Shown: in pieces, positions 1 through 9,604 of the stretch
Position numbering within the stretch: the stretch's first letter is position 1
Layout: each line of letters starts with the position of its first letter
NCBI GenBank assembly: GCA_038227875.1
Contig: JBBRPR010000061.1
Span: 1 to 49,873 of the forward strand
Direction: 5' to 3'
Source of the DNA: Planctomycetota bacterium
GTDB lineage: Bacteria; Planctomycetota; SZUA-567; H5-PLA8
DNA: 49,873 bases
Translations under genes and position numbers: made by a program
The notes under the pieces: model-generated
Told to the model about the DNA's origin: nothing
Database searches by the model: none
Seen by the model: only the letters and a program-made list of their open reading frames with translations

Positions 1-87
1 CTTGGTATGGGACTGTCCGCTGTTCATCAATTCGACAGCGCGAATTCGCCGCCGTTGGAGCTCTTCTGCTGTGCCAAATGGTCTCAT
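1..87 (-). CDS. IS630-family transposase, N-terminal HTH fragment (partial)
   Basis: Manual translation; ELQRRRIRAVELM motif; not in the ORF track because it is short and runs off the edge. Confidence 0.75.
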   Translation of the reverse strand, partial: MRPFGTAEELQRRRIRAVELMNSGQSHTK

Positions 88-140
88 GCATAGAGTATCG
101 ACACTATTTCATTGCAACTTTAGTTATGCGCGGATCAATA
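1..140 (-). mobile_element. Left end of an IS630-family insertion sequence (truncated by window edge)
   Basis: Minus-strand ORF starting at 87 reads MRPFGTAEELQRRRIRAVELMNSGQSHTK, like IS630 transposase HTH N-termini. Upstream end reads TA|TTGATCCGCGCATAACTAAAG on the minus strand, with a candidate TA target at 139-140. Confidence 0.75.
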
Positions 141-224
141 GTGAAAGCGGGCAGACCGAAGTCTAGCCAAGGCATATTTGCCTTTGCGATGTGCGCGGTC
201 CCCAACATTTTGAGGCTGACTGAC

Positions 225-524
225 ATGGGCTGTTGTTTACTTGCCGCACTAGTAATGGCGATGCCGCGGCTGGCGGTGGTGGTCCTGTGGATGACGGGGT
301 ACCTCGGCAGCGCGTATCAGACTTTTCTTTGGCCGCTGCTCGGTTTTATCTTTATGCCGTGGACGACTGCCGCGTATGCTATCGCGATCAACGAATGGCA
401 CGGACAGCTGACGCTGGGCGGAATTGTGATCATCGTCATCGGCGTGTTTCTGGACATGGGTTCTCACGGCGGCGCGGAACGGGCGCGGCGGCAACGCAGA
501 ACTCAGCCGGATGAAGTAAAGTAA
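225..524 (+). CDS. Small integral membrane hypothetical protein
   Basis: MGCCLLAAL..PRL..W..WPLLGFIFMPWTT..Y..DMGS.GG pattern, 3 hydrophobic segments; ATG 225 preferred to 78, which overlaps the IS end. Confidence 0.75.
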   Translation: MGCCLLAALVMAMPRLAVVVLWMTGYLGSAYQTFLWPLLGFIFMPWTTAAYAIAINEWHGQLTLGGIVIIVIGVFLDMGSHGGAERARRQRRTQPDEVK

Positions 525-541
525 TGTAACAGGAGCTTCTA

Positions 542-1051
542 TTGACCTTCGTCTGCGCGAGCTGCGGCCAGCAACACGATCTCGAAGAGATCTCGATCGG
601 CGCGCGCGAGCCGCATCTGTGGACGATGCTGACGCCAGAAGAGAAAAGCGCCTCGGAGCTCCGCGCTGAAACCTGCGTGGTCAAATCCGCGACGGGAACG
701 CTCCATCATTTCATCCTCGGCTGCCTCAATGTCCCAATTAAGAACAGTGCGCTCGCCTTTACCTGGGGCGTATGGGTTTCGCTGAGCGAGCGCAGCTACA
801 CCGATATACTCACCCAGTGGAATAATCCCGATCGCGCACAGCTCCCGTCGCACGGCGGCTGGTTGAGCACGCGACTACCGGATTATCCTGAGACGCTCAA
901 CCAGAAAGTGCGCATCGTCCAACGCGCCGTTGGTTTACGGCCGTTGATCGAGCTGGAGCCGCAATCGTTGCACCCGCTGGCCGTTCATCAGCGCGAAGGA
1001 ATTGAGTCGACGGCGATGCAACGCATCGTCGAGCGGGCGTTGCATGCGTAA
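542..1051 (+). CDS. DUF2199 domain protein
   Basis: N-terminal CxxCGxxH, FTWGVWVSLS, GWLST.LP.YP.T, HPL...QR.GI; AGGAG RBS before TTG start. Confidence 0.85.
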   Translation: MTFVCASCGQQHDLEEISIGAREPHLWTMLTPEEKSASELRAETCVVKSATGTLHHFILGCLNVPIKNSALAFTWGVWVSLSERSYTDILTQWNNPDRAQLPSHGGWLSTRLPDYPETLNQKVRIVQRAVGLRPLIELEPQSLHPLAVHQREGIESTAMQRIVERALHA

Positions 1052-1075
1052 ATCGATTCGGGGAAGATTGTAAAT

Positions 1076-1684
1076 ATGAATGATCTTGCCGCGCAGTTCG
1101 GACACATCGATATCTACCTCTTCGATCAGCTCCTGCGCGGTCGAATCACGGAAACGGACCGGATCGTCGATGTCGGCTGCGGAGGCGGACGGAATCTCGC
1201 GTACCTGCTGCGCTCGGGGTACGACGTCTATGGAACGGACGCGAACGCCGATGCGATCGCGTCGCTGCGGCAGACGGCCCGTTCGCTTGCGCCACAGTTG
1301 CCGGCCGACCATTTCCGCGTCGAACCGGCAGAGGCGATGATGTTTCCCGATCACTTCGCCGACGTGGTGCTATGCAATGCGGTGCTGCATTTCGCGCGCG
1401 ACGACGCGCACTTCACGTCGATGCTCAACGGCGCCTGGCGGGTGCTTAAGCCGGGTGGGATATTTTTCGCGAGGCTGGCATCGTCAATTGGAATGGAATC
1501 GCGGATGCGGACGCTTTCCGGGCGTCGCTGCCTGCTGCCGGACGGCTCGCAGCGGTATCTCGTTGACGAAGCGCTTTTGCTGCGCGAGACGGCACGGCTC
1601 GGCGGCGAGTTGCTCGACCCAATCAAGACGACGGTGGTGCAGGATCAGCGATGTATGACGACGTGGGTGGTGAGGAAGGGCTGA
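1076..1684 (+). CDS. Class I SAM-dependent methyltransferase
   Basis: VDVGCGGGRN motif I; VLKPGG. Confidence 0.9.
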   Translation: MNDLAAQFGHIDIYLFDQLLRGRITETDRIVDVGCGGGRNLAYLLRSGYDVYGTDANADAIASLRQTARSLAPQLPADHFRVEPAEAMMFPDHFADVVLCNAVLHFARDDAHFTSMLNGAWRVLKPGGIFFARLASSIGMESRMRTLSGRRCLLPDGSQRYLVDEALLLRETARLGGELLDPIKTTVVQDQRCMTTWVVRKG

Positions 1685-1794
1685 GGACGGAGCGGAATGG
1701 CGAATTCCGCGAATGGCGAAAAGACGGCAAATTGAAATTATTTAAGTACATTTCACAATCTATTCATTGGTGGATTAGAAGAATGGTTCCGATC

Positions 1795-2757
1795 ATGAGA
1801 ATTCTACTTTCGATCGTATTCCTGTGCGCGGCGTGTTCGGCTAGTGAAGAGAAGGATCTCGACTATACGCTGGAGATCGCGCGTGTTGGCGATCCCAGCG
1901 GATGGTGTGTCGACCGCGAACAGATCCGGGCGGAGACGTGCGCGCTGGTGTTCGATGTGGCGTTCAAGGACAATACCTGGGAACCTCTTGCCTGCCATGC
2001 GGTGTGGGGCGAGGTCACCGATGCCGCAAAGGCAGCCGCCGAAAAACGCATCCGGTCCGGCGGTGTCTGGTTCTCGGAAGACACGGGGATTCCAAAGACC
2101 GGAACGATCCGGTTGCTGATCGTCAACGACGCATACTATTTCGATTCCTTGCGACCGCGCGAAGAACAGAATGAGCAGTTCTATGTCCGCTGGTTATCGG
2201 ATGACGACATTCATCAGATCTTCTCACGCAGCAAGTTCAGTCCAGTTAGTGCCAGCGAGCAGGACGGTCCCGCATTAAAGGATTACATGCGTCGCTGGAG
2301 CTGGCGCACCCAACTCAAGAACAAATCCGCGCGCGCCGAAACCGTTGCTCAGATCGTGCAGTTCCTGCGCACTCAACATGCGGAAGTGGACGAGCAGGTC
2401 TATGCTATTCGCCTAATCCGAGCAGCCTTGTTCAATGCGGACACTGAACTCAAGCAGCAGGTTTTTGCCGCGCGCGAAATTGCCGATTCGGCAACGGACA
2501 TTAACGTGCGAATCGCCTGGCTGGACCTATTTGTGCGATTGATGAGCGCGCCGGGGAAACTCGATTTGGATGTGTTGCAAAAGTATTGCGAGGACTATGC
2601 CAATTGGTGGAGTGCGGAAGCGATTCAAGCGGCCACGCTAAAACAGCGGCACTACTATTGCATGCTCGCCTATAAGCTGAAACAATGTGCGGATGGCGTC
2701 CCGCTTTTGAAGGCTGCAAATAAATCTGCGGTGGGTTCAGATCACAAGCCCGATTGA
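1795..2757 (+). CDS. Secreted hypothetical protein
   Basis: Signal peptide MRILLSIVFLCAACSA-SEEK from ATG 1795; helical C-terminal half. Confidence 0.65.
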   Translation: MRILLSIVFLCAACSASEEKDLDYTLEIARVGDPSGWCVDREQIRAETCALVFDVAFKDNTWEPLACHAVWGEVTDAAKAAAEKRIRSGGVWFSEDTGIPKTGTIRLLIVNDAYYFDSLRPREEQNEQFYVRWLSDDDIHQIFSRSKFSPVSASEQDGPALKDYMRRWSWRTQLKNKSARAETVAQIVQFLRTQHAEVDEQVYAIRLIRAALFNADTELKQQVFAAREIADSATDINVRIAWLDLFVRLMSAPGKLDLDVLQKYCEDYANWWSAEAIQAATLKQRHYYCMLAYKLKQCADGVPLLKAANKSAVGSDHKPD

Positions 2758-2817
2758 ACTGTGAGACAATCTGGCGCGCGTTAGTCAGAGATTCAAAAAC
2801 CGCTTAGGATGCGACGC

Positions 2818-3219
2818 ATGTCCGATCAGAAGTCCGCGCGCCGCTGGTTCCGATTCCAACTTTCGACGGCTCTGCTGCTGGTGTTTGTGGCGGGAGGAAT
2901 GCTTGGCGTCAATGTCGTGTCGCGACAGGACCGGGCTTACTTTCCTCTGGCTCTGGACAGCGAAGAAGCGGCGCAGAATTCCTCCCAGGATTTCGGACAT
3001 TACCGCGTTCGCGGGTGGCCGTTTCAGTTTTGGGAAGGATACGACGGGACCAGTCTGGTTGTGATGGCCGAACAATTTGTGACGGATACTCGTTTCGAGC
3101 CTCTTGAGCGGACGGACTACGGACCGTTGACGGCGGATATTTTTATCACGCTGCTGATCGCGGCCGTAGTCGTCGTACCTTTTGAATACTGGATGCGTCA
3201 AAAGGCGGTAACGGCATGA
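2818..3219 (+). CDS. Small 2-TM 'RRWFRF' family protein (copy 1)
   Basis: RRWFRFQLSTA..AGG TM, RGWP motif, C-terminal TM ending E..MRQK. Confidence 0.75.
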   Translation: MSDQKSARRWFRFQLSTALLLVFVAGGMLGVNVVSRQDRAYFPLALDSEEAAQNSSQDFGHYRVRGWPFQFWEGYDGTSLVVMAEQFVTDTRFEPLERTDYGPLTADIFITLLIAAVVVVPFEYWMRQKAVTA

Positions 3220-3545
3220 CGGACGTTGCAAAACGCCGCTGGTTCCAGTTTCATCTCGCGTCGGCGGTCGTGATGCTGGTGGTGGCTGGCGGCATGGTGG
3301 GTCAGAATTTGAAGTTGAGGTACCACGCAGGAGAACAGTGGCGTCCTGCCTTCATGGGTTGGCCGTGCACATTCGCGTTTGAAAGCGCACCGGACAACTA
3401 TGGTAGGTTTGATTGGCAGTGGGCGCTCTTTCCTGCGGTCGCGATCAACTTTGCGACTTGCATGGGGATTGTGATTGCGGTCGGAGTTTCTGCGGAAGCT
3501 CTCCTCCGTTACCGCAATCGACGCACGCAGCCGACTGTCCCCTAG
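3216..3545 (+). CDS. Small 2-TM 'RRWFRF' family protein (copy 2)
   Basis: RRWFQFHLASA..AGG, MGWP, C-terminal TM E.LLRYR; ATGA overlap with copy 1. Confidence 0.75.
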   Translation: MTDVAKRRWFQFHLASAVVMLVVAGGMVGQNLKLRYHAGEQWRPAFMGWPCTFAFESAPDNYGRFDWQWALFPAVAINFATCMGIVIAVGVSAEALLRYRNRRTQPTVP

Positions 3546-3558
3546 GTGTGAATTCGCT

Positions 3559-4770
3559 TCATGCGCGCAGTTGCGCGATGTACCAGTCTGCCACCCAGCT
3601 TGCGGCGCCGAGTTCCTCTGGCGCGTAGGGTCCGGGTTCGTAGAAGGTTGAGTTCACGCCAAGCTGATTGTCTTCGGCAAGTTTCCAATCCTGCTCGCCG
3701 GTCGTCTTCCAGAACCACGTCAGCTTGGCGGGATCGTAGTCGCGACCTTCGACGGCATCTTCGCGCACGTACCACGTTACTTGAATGGACGTGCGCCGAG
3801 CACTGAGGGCATCGTAGCGAAAAGTGATGAGATGATCGCTCGACGCTTCGATCATGAAATTTGGAAAGTGGAATCCGCCCAGCACTCCGGCGTCGGGATC
3901 GGCGAAGGTGCCCATGATGGGCGCCACGGATTTTCCGTCCTGGCTTTCGCAGACCGCGCCCGGCACGGCGAAGGGATAGCGCGAGATGTGGTAGTTCGGT
4001 CCGCCCGCGCCTTCCGTGCGCAGACCGAGTTGTTGATAGTGGTTGAAGCGATTGCGGTGAAGCGCGCAGACGTCTTCGACATTGGAGCGGTCATTTCGCG
4101 AGAGCATCAGCGCGCTGTATTCGGGATGGCCGAAGTGGCAGTGGTAGCATTCGCGCGAATTCTCGACGACGAGTTTCCAGTTGGCTTGCGTTTCATAGTT
4201 GCGAACGACGGCGATCTTCGCGTTGTGGCTGAGTCCGTGCGGGCTGAGGAACGCCGAAAAATCACGATGAATCGGTTCAAAATCAAGCGGGCTCTCTGCG
4301 AGGTTGATGAAGATCAGGCCTTCGATCAATCTGACATGAGCGCGTTTCAATCCAAATTTTGACTTATCGAAATCCTCGGGCATTCGACGCGCCGAGAGCA
4401 AAGCGCCATCGTGATCGAAGACCCACTGGTGGTACGGACAGACGAATTTATTGGCGTGTCCCCTTTCCGTATTACACACCAGAGATCCACGGTGGCGGCA
4501 ACTGTTGTGCAGCGCGTGGATCTGGCCGTCGCGATCGCGCGTGATGATGAGTGATTCGTCGCCAATCTTGTACGTAAAATAGTCCCCGGACTTAGGAATC
4601 TGGCACGCGTGGCCGGTAAACAACCATTGCTTTTGGTAGATGCGACGGATGTCCTCCGCGTGGATGCGTTCATCCGTGTAAAAAGCGCGAGGGAGGCAGA
4701 AGCCAGGTTGAACCTCCGCCAAAAGTGAATTCAGATCGAAATCCGTGCGCATCGTCGCCTCACAATTCAT
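3559..4770 (-). CDS. Rieske non-heme iron oxygenase alpha subunit (glycine-betaine/choline monooxygenase-like)
   Basis: Rieske CRHRG...CPYH; mononuclear Fe ligands ENSRECYHCHFGH and EQDW; C-terminal PGPY. Confidence 0.9.
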   Translation of the reverse strand: MNCEATMRTDFDLNSLLAEVQPGFCLPRAFYTDERIHAEDIRRIYQKQWLFTGHACQIPKSGDYFTYKIGDESLIITRDRDGQIHALHNSCRHRGSLVCNTERGHANKFVCPYHQWVFDHDGALLSARRMPEDFDKSKFGLKRAHVRLIEGLIFINLAESPLDFEPIHRDFSAFLSPHGLSHNAKIAVVRNYETQANWKLVVENSRECYHCHFGHPEYSALMLSRNDRSNVEDVCALHRNRFNHYQQLGLRTEGAGGPNYHISRYPFAVPGAVCESQDGKSVAPIMGTFADPDAGVLGGFHFPNFMIEASSDHLITFRYDALSARRTSIQVTWYVREDAVEGRDYDPAKLTWFWKTTGEQDWKLAEDNQLGVNSTFYEPGPYAPEELGAASWVADWYIAQLRA

Positions 4771-4901
4771 GGTCGTTGCTCCTGCCCAGCGTGGCCCCTA
4801 CCGCTTGCTCTAATGAATACTTCATGGAGTCGCGGGGAGTGTTGCAATTACCGTTCTCATGTTTATTATTATCGCTCCGATACAGACGTGGAGTGAGCAA
4901 C

Positions 4902-5783
4902 ATGTCGCGACGTTCACGCACAAAACTCGAGCATTGGACACCGACCCCAGAGATCGAAGATGCAATAGCGGCGGGTGCGGGCGTGGTCATCCGCAAGCAC
5001 CGATATCATGGCAGCGGGGGCCGTTTTGGACCCGGAACGTCGGGGACCGACGAAATCTACGCGCTGATTCACGGCGAGGACGAACTGCTGATGGATGGCG
5101 CCTGGTGCCACGCCGTGGCGCGGAGCATGGCGTTTTTCAGGCGGGACGAAGTTTATGGAATTCGCCATGGTTCGGACGGAAGCGGAACACACCAGATCCT
5201 GACGATTCTTTTTCGTGCGCCGAAAAACTGGCAATGCGGCATTCCGCGTACGCCAATGCGATTACCGCCCGTGTGGTGGCGCACGCTGATGAGTCTGGAG
5301 GAACATTGCGACTTTGACGTGCACGGCCAGCGCGTTCTGGCCCTGCCGCGGATCATCGAATTTCTCGAAAACTTCAGCGTGGCAGGACTGACCGGCCGTG
5401 GCGCTGGAGTCCGGTCTCGCCCGGTCTCACCGCGACGACCGGATACGGAAGCGGATTGGATGGAGACATGGGCGGCGGCCGAAGATATTATCCGCCAGCG
5501 TGCCAGTGCCGGCCTGACTGCCGATGAGCTCGCCGACGCAGTCCATGTCTCGCCGGCAAAACTGCGGCGGGTATTCCACGTAGCTCGCGGCGTATCACCC
5601 AAGATCGCGCTGACGGCCTGGCGGATCGAGCAGTCACAGAAGCTTCTGATGTACCAAAACATGGCCGTGACCGAGGTCGCGGCCCGGGTCGGCTACACGA
5701 CAGTGCAGCGTTTCTGTGCGGCGTTCAAACAGATCAGCGGTGTGACACCGACGGAGTATGGGCGGAAGTTCTCAGCACGGTGA
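4902..5783 (+). CDS. AraC-family transcriptional regulator
   Basis: C-terminal double HTH (LADAVHVSPAKLRRVF...EVAARVGY...FKQISGVTPTEY); divergent from the Rieske gene; GGAG RBS before ATG 4902. Confidence 0.9.
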   Translation: MSRRSRTKLEHWTPTPEIEDAIAAGAGVVIRKHRYHGSGGRFGPGTSGTDEIYALIHGEDELLMDGAWCHAVARSMAFFRRDEVYGIRHGSDGSGTHQILTILFRAPKNWQCGIPRTPMRLPPVWWRTLMSLEEHCDFDVHGQRVLALPRIIEFLENFSVAGLTGRGAGVRSRPVSPRRPDTEADWMETWAAAEDIIRQRASAGLTADELADAVHVSPAKLRRVFHVARGVSPKIALTAWRIEQSQKLLMYQNMAVTEVAARVGYTTVQRFCAAFKQISGVTPTEYGRKFSAR

Positions 5784-5803
5784 GGCGCGCTCGTTGCGTA
5801 ACC

Positions 5804-6110
5804 ATGGACAAACCCAACTCCAGGCGTCGCTGGTATCAGTTTCAACTAACCACCATCATCACGTTGGCTCTTGTGGCTGGCGGGTTTGGCAAGCTATTTA
5901 CGAACTACTCGGAATTTGGATATGGCGTTGAACCATCGGCGGCGCCGGACCGCGCCAGCGCCGCGCTGAAATGCCGTTCACTTCTTATTACGCTCCATCT
6001 GCAACTGCTTGAACTCCTCTTCCATCTGCCCCGGATTGGCGCCGCGAGTGGAGTCCACAATTTTTTTGACACTGGCATCGCGTGGCCTCCTGATGGGTCG
6101 TTATGCATAG
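5804..6110 (+). pseudogene. Degenerate 'RRWFRF' family gene (copy 3)
   Basis: MDKPNSRRRWYQFQLTTIITLALVAGG N-terminus, but no GWP motif or C-terminal TM in frame; the frame runs on into the next gene. End coordinate approximate. Confidence 0.5.
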
Positions 6111-6206
6111 TACAATGGCGCATGGGCAGGCGGTGTAACGGGCGTGTAACAGTGCAGACGTGCAGTATACTGCGCGCCAAACGACGGCGAGATGGGGAGA
6201 CACGCG

Positions 6207-7034
6207 ATGCGGCATGGAATCTTCGAAACTGTCTTTCGGCGTTCGACTCTGGCCGAATCGCTGGATGCAGTCGTGGCGCAGGGCATTCATTGTCTGCAAT
6301 TCGATCTCAGCAGCGCTGGAATTGCCCATGACGCAAGCAACATCTCCGAAGAACGCTGCCGGCTCGCGGCACAGTTGCTGAGCGCCCGAGGCATGACGAT
6401 GTCGGCGGTCTCCGGCACGTTCAACATGTGCCACCCGGATCCGCTCCACCGCGCACGCGGGCTGGAATCGCTGCGCGCGATCGCGGCACACTGCCGCTTC
6501 CTCGGGACGTCGGTGATCTCCCTCTGCAGCGGCACGCGAAACACGGAAAGCATGTGGCACCCGCATCCGGAGAACGGATCGATGGCCGCGTGGAACGACC
6601 TGCTGCCGACGATGAAGCAGGCCGCGAAGATCGGCGAAGAGCACGGCGTCACCATGGCCTTCGAGCCAGAAGTGTCGAACGTGATCGACTCGGCGCAGCG
6701 CGCGCGGCGGATGCTGGACGAAGTCGGTTCACCAGCGCTGAAGGTCGTGATGGACGGCGCGAACATTTTTCACGTCGGCGAATTGCCAAAGATGCGCGAG
6801 ATTCTATCCGAAGCGTTCGCGCTGCTGGGCAACGACATTGCGCTCGCGCATGCCAAGGACCTGGACCACGACGGCGAAGCCGGCCACCGCGCCGCTGGCG
6901 AAGGGCTGCTCGACTACGCATTTTATCTCGCCGAACTGAAGCGGGTGAAGTTCACCGGCGCGCTGGTGCTGCATGGATTGAGCGAGAAGCAGGTGCCGGG
7001 GTGCGTGGAGTTTGTGCGAAGCAAAATGGGGTGA
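6207..7034 (+). CDS. Sugar phosphate isomerase/epimerase (xylose-isomerase-like TIM barrel)
   Basis: AFEPE, VMDGAN, AHAKD metal-binding motifs; GGGGAG RBS. Confidence 0.9.
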   Translation: MRHGIFETVFRRSTLAESLDAVVAQGIHCLQFDLSSAGIAHDASNISEERCRLAAQLLSARGMTMSAVSGTFNMCHPDPLHRARGLESLRAIAAHCRFLGTSVISLCSGTRNTESMWHPHPENGSMAAWNDLLPTMKQAAKIGEEHGVTMAFEPEVSNVIDSAQRARRMLDEVGSPALKVVMDGANIFHVGELPKMREILSEAFALLGNDIALAHAKDLDHDGEAGHRAAGEGLLDYAFYLAELKRVKFTGALVLHGLSEKQVPGCVEFVRSKMG

Positions 7035-7040
7035 TCAACG

Positions 7041-7787
7041 ATGCGCATTCCCGTGATACGAGGCGTGATCGATCGTCGAATTCTCGTCAACTTCCGAGTC
7101 GATCCTGCATTACTTGCGACGGTGCTCCCTCCACCATTTCGGCCCAAGCTGGTTGGCAAGTTGGGCATGGCTGGAATCTGTCTGATCCGGCTCAAGGATA
7201 TCCGGCCGAAAAATCTCCCTGCGTTTGTGGGAATGTCATCCGAGAACGCGGCCCACCGTATCGCGGTGGAATGGGATGCTGACGGCGAAACGCGGCAGGG
7301 CGTTTATATTTTGCGGCGAGATACGTCGTCGCGAATGAACGCGCTGGCCGGGGGACGTGTTTTTCCCGGGGTACACTCGCTGGCAACGTTTAATGTCCAC
7401 GAAAGTGATGGTCGTTATAAACTGCGCATCGACAGCGGCGATGACCAGGTTCACATTTCACTGAATGCACGTCTATCGAAGGAATTCCCGAGGAGTTCCA
7501 TTTTCGATTCACTGGCTTCGGCGTCTGCGTTTTTCGAAGGCGGGTCCGTTGGTTATTCTCCGGGAACGAAGGCGCGGAAGTACGATGGCCTGGAGTTGCG
7601 CAGCCAGAATTGGAAAGTCGAGTCGCTGGAGGTGGAGGAGGTAAAATCGAATTTCTTCGACGACGCCGCTCGCTTTCCTAAAGGGTCAGTAACTTTCGAT
7701 TGCGCCTTATTGATGCGCGGGATCGAACACGAATGGCACGAGCGGGTGTCGATTTGCGCGCCGTGTTCGGGTGGCTCGCCTACTTGA
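7041..7787 (+). CDS. DUF2071 domain protein
   Basis: RRILVNFRVDP, SSENAAHRIAVEW, DCALLMRGIEHEW. Confidence 0.85.
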   Translation: MRIPVIRGVIDRRILVNFRVDPALLATVLPPPFRPKLVGKLGMAGICLIRLKDIRPKNLPAFVGMSSENAAHRIAVEWDADGETRQGVYILRRDTSSRMNALAGGRVFPGVHSLATFNVHESDGRYKLRIDSGDDQVHISLNARLSKEFPRSSIFDSLASASAFFEGGSVGYSPGTKARKYDGLELRSQNWKVESLEVEEVKSNFFDDAARFPKGSVTFDCALLMRGIEHEWHERVSICAPCSGGSPT

Positions 7788-9447
7788 CCGGCGGAATGAA
7801 CTCCGCCTTCAACCCAAAGACCATCGGCGGCGCGCCGGTTTCGTGGGCGCCAATGTCCGGCGCGCTGGTAGTGTCGCAGAAATTGGGGATCGCTTCGCCT
7901 TTTTTGACACCCGGACTGTCAGGGGCCAGATGAAAATTGCCGGTCTTGGTGTCGAATGAAAATGCGGCGTTCGACGCGTAAACGGGCGTGCCTTTAATGC
8001 CGTGCTTTTCCTGCTCCGGGGGATAGCGACCGGAAAGCAGATCGAAATCGTACTCGTTGTCCACGCTGCTCTTCTTTTCCGTCGAGATGGAATGGGTGTC
8101 GCCCGGTCGGGCCTGGAAAATATTGTTCCGCGTGACGCAGTGCTTGATCACCCGGGAATCACCGCCGAGACCGTTGCAGCCTTCGTCTTTCGGCTGAAAA
8201 GCGGTGTTGTTGAAGATGTACATGTGCCCGGTCATCCACTGTTCGCCCACGGCAAAGCCCATCTTCATGAAGTTGCCGTGCGTCATGTCCCACAGACTGC
8301 CCGGTTTGCTATAGGATCGACCCGTGACATTGCGCCAGACGTACAGCGGGCCGATGGAGACCGCCGCGTCGGCGATCATCATCATGGTGTTTTCGATGTA
8401 GTTGTTCCAGATGCGGACGTTCTGGCCACCGCCTTCGGCTTCGATGCCATCGTCCCAGCAGTTGGCGATGTAGTTGCCATAAATGTCGCTGTCGGCGCCC
8501 GGGAAGCCGCGGTAGCTCGCGTTTTCTCCGGCGCCCATCACGTCGTTGAAGTAGTGCTGGTCGTCGGACCAGCATTCGTTGTAGCGAAAGACGTGGTTGC
8601 CTTCAGACTCCCAGAAGACGATCGTCTGCGGACCGGCCGGATGGCGGTTCTTGTTGTGATCCTCCGCCCAACTGTTGGTATTCCAAGTTGGGTGGTGAAT
8701 CTTGCAGCGCTGGATCACCACCGCATGGAGGTCTTTTTTGTTGCTGTAGACCCCGCCCTGGCAATCGAAGCCGTATCCTTTTTCTTCCTCACTGCCCCAT
8801 TTACTGATGTCGCAGTTTTCGATGACGATGTGGTGACCGCTCATCAGGCGGATGCCGTGCTGCTTTACGTTCTTGATCGTGTAGCCGCGCAGGATCACGT
8901 AACTGGCGTCGACGGAGATGCCGAGATCGGCCTTGTTTTCACAATCGATCACGCAGCCGGTGCCATCGTAGACGATATAGCCATCGGGCTTGCCGGATTT
9001 GTTAATGGTCAACGTGGTATTGCCGTTTTGACCCTTCACGACCGATGCTTCCGGAAACTTCTCGCTCCACGTGCTGGCCTTGAGCGACGTGCGAATCTCG
9101 GTGCCTTCCAGCGTGAGGGCGATGTCGTAGGACGCGCCCGGTTTCAGATTGACGATGCTGCCGCGGTAGTCGCCCTTGCAGTCCGGCGCTTTGACGGGGT
9201 TATAGCGCATCGCCAAACCCTCGCGCCAGGCTTTCTGCCCGGCTTCGCGAAACTTCACGAGCACCTTCTTGCCGGCTTCGCCTTTTTCAGGCGACCAGTA
9301 GAGACTCAGACAGTGAAAGGTGGAAAGGGTGGAGGCAGGAATTTTGGAAGTCGCCGCGCCGGGTTCGTCCTCGGCGGACACCATCCCGATTCCAGCGAAA
9401 AATACGGCGGCCAGCAACGCGGATTTTACTGACGTGATGCGCCTCAT
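7780..9447 (-). CDS. Secreted right-handed parallel beta-helix protein (pectin-lyase-like fold)
   Basis: Signal peptide ..VSA-EDE; repeated IENCDI/IYGNYI/IWNNYI/IFNNT rungs; DDGIEAEG; C-terminal PDIGAHE. Confidence 0.8.
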   Translation of the reverse strand: MRRITSVKSALLAAVFFAGIGMVSAEDEPGAATSKIPASTLSTFHCLSLYWSPEKGEAGKKVLVKFREAGQKAWREGLAMRYNPVKAPDCKGDYRGSIVNLKPGASYDIALTLEGTEIRTSLKASTWSEKFPEASVVKGQNGNTTLTINKSGKPDGYIVYDGTGCVIDCENKADLGISVDASYVILRGYTIKNVKQHGIRLMSGHHIVIENCDISKWGSEEEKGYGFDCQGGVYSNKKDLHAVVIQRCKIHHPTWNTNSWAEDHNKNRHPAGPQTIVFWESEGNHVFRYNECWSDDQHYFNDVMGAGENASYRGFPGADSDIYGNYIANCWDDGIEAEGGGQNVRIWNNYIENTMMMIADAAVSIGPLYVWRNVTGRSYSKPGSLWDMTHGNFMKMGFAVGEQWMTGHMYIFNNTAFQPKDEGCNGLGGDSRVIKHCVTRNNIFQARPGDTHSISTEKKSSVDNEYDFDLLSGRYPPEQEKHGIKGTPVYASNAAFSFDTKTGNFHLAPDSPGVKKGEAIPNFCDTTSAPDIGAHETGAPPMVFGLKAEFIPPVK

Positions 9448-9604
9448 GGACACAAAGCCTCCCCCTCATGCAGGTACGTCTCAGCAGACAGTATCTACAA
9501 TATAGAGGGGCTGCAACGGCAATGTCCTTCGCGTTACTTTTACCTGCGATGCGGAATTAAATTGTGTGTGCCAGAATTCGTGCGTCATTCGGCCGCCATC
9601 ATTT

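Noticed and set aside
8002..9432. Long antisense ORFs (also 16149-17042, 30392-31420, 48487-49272, 21570-22331)
   Set aside because: Shadow frames of high-GC3 genes on the opposite strand; no motifs.
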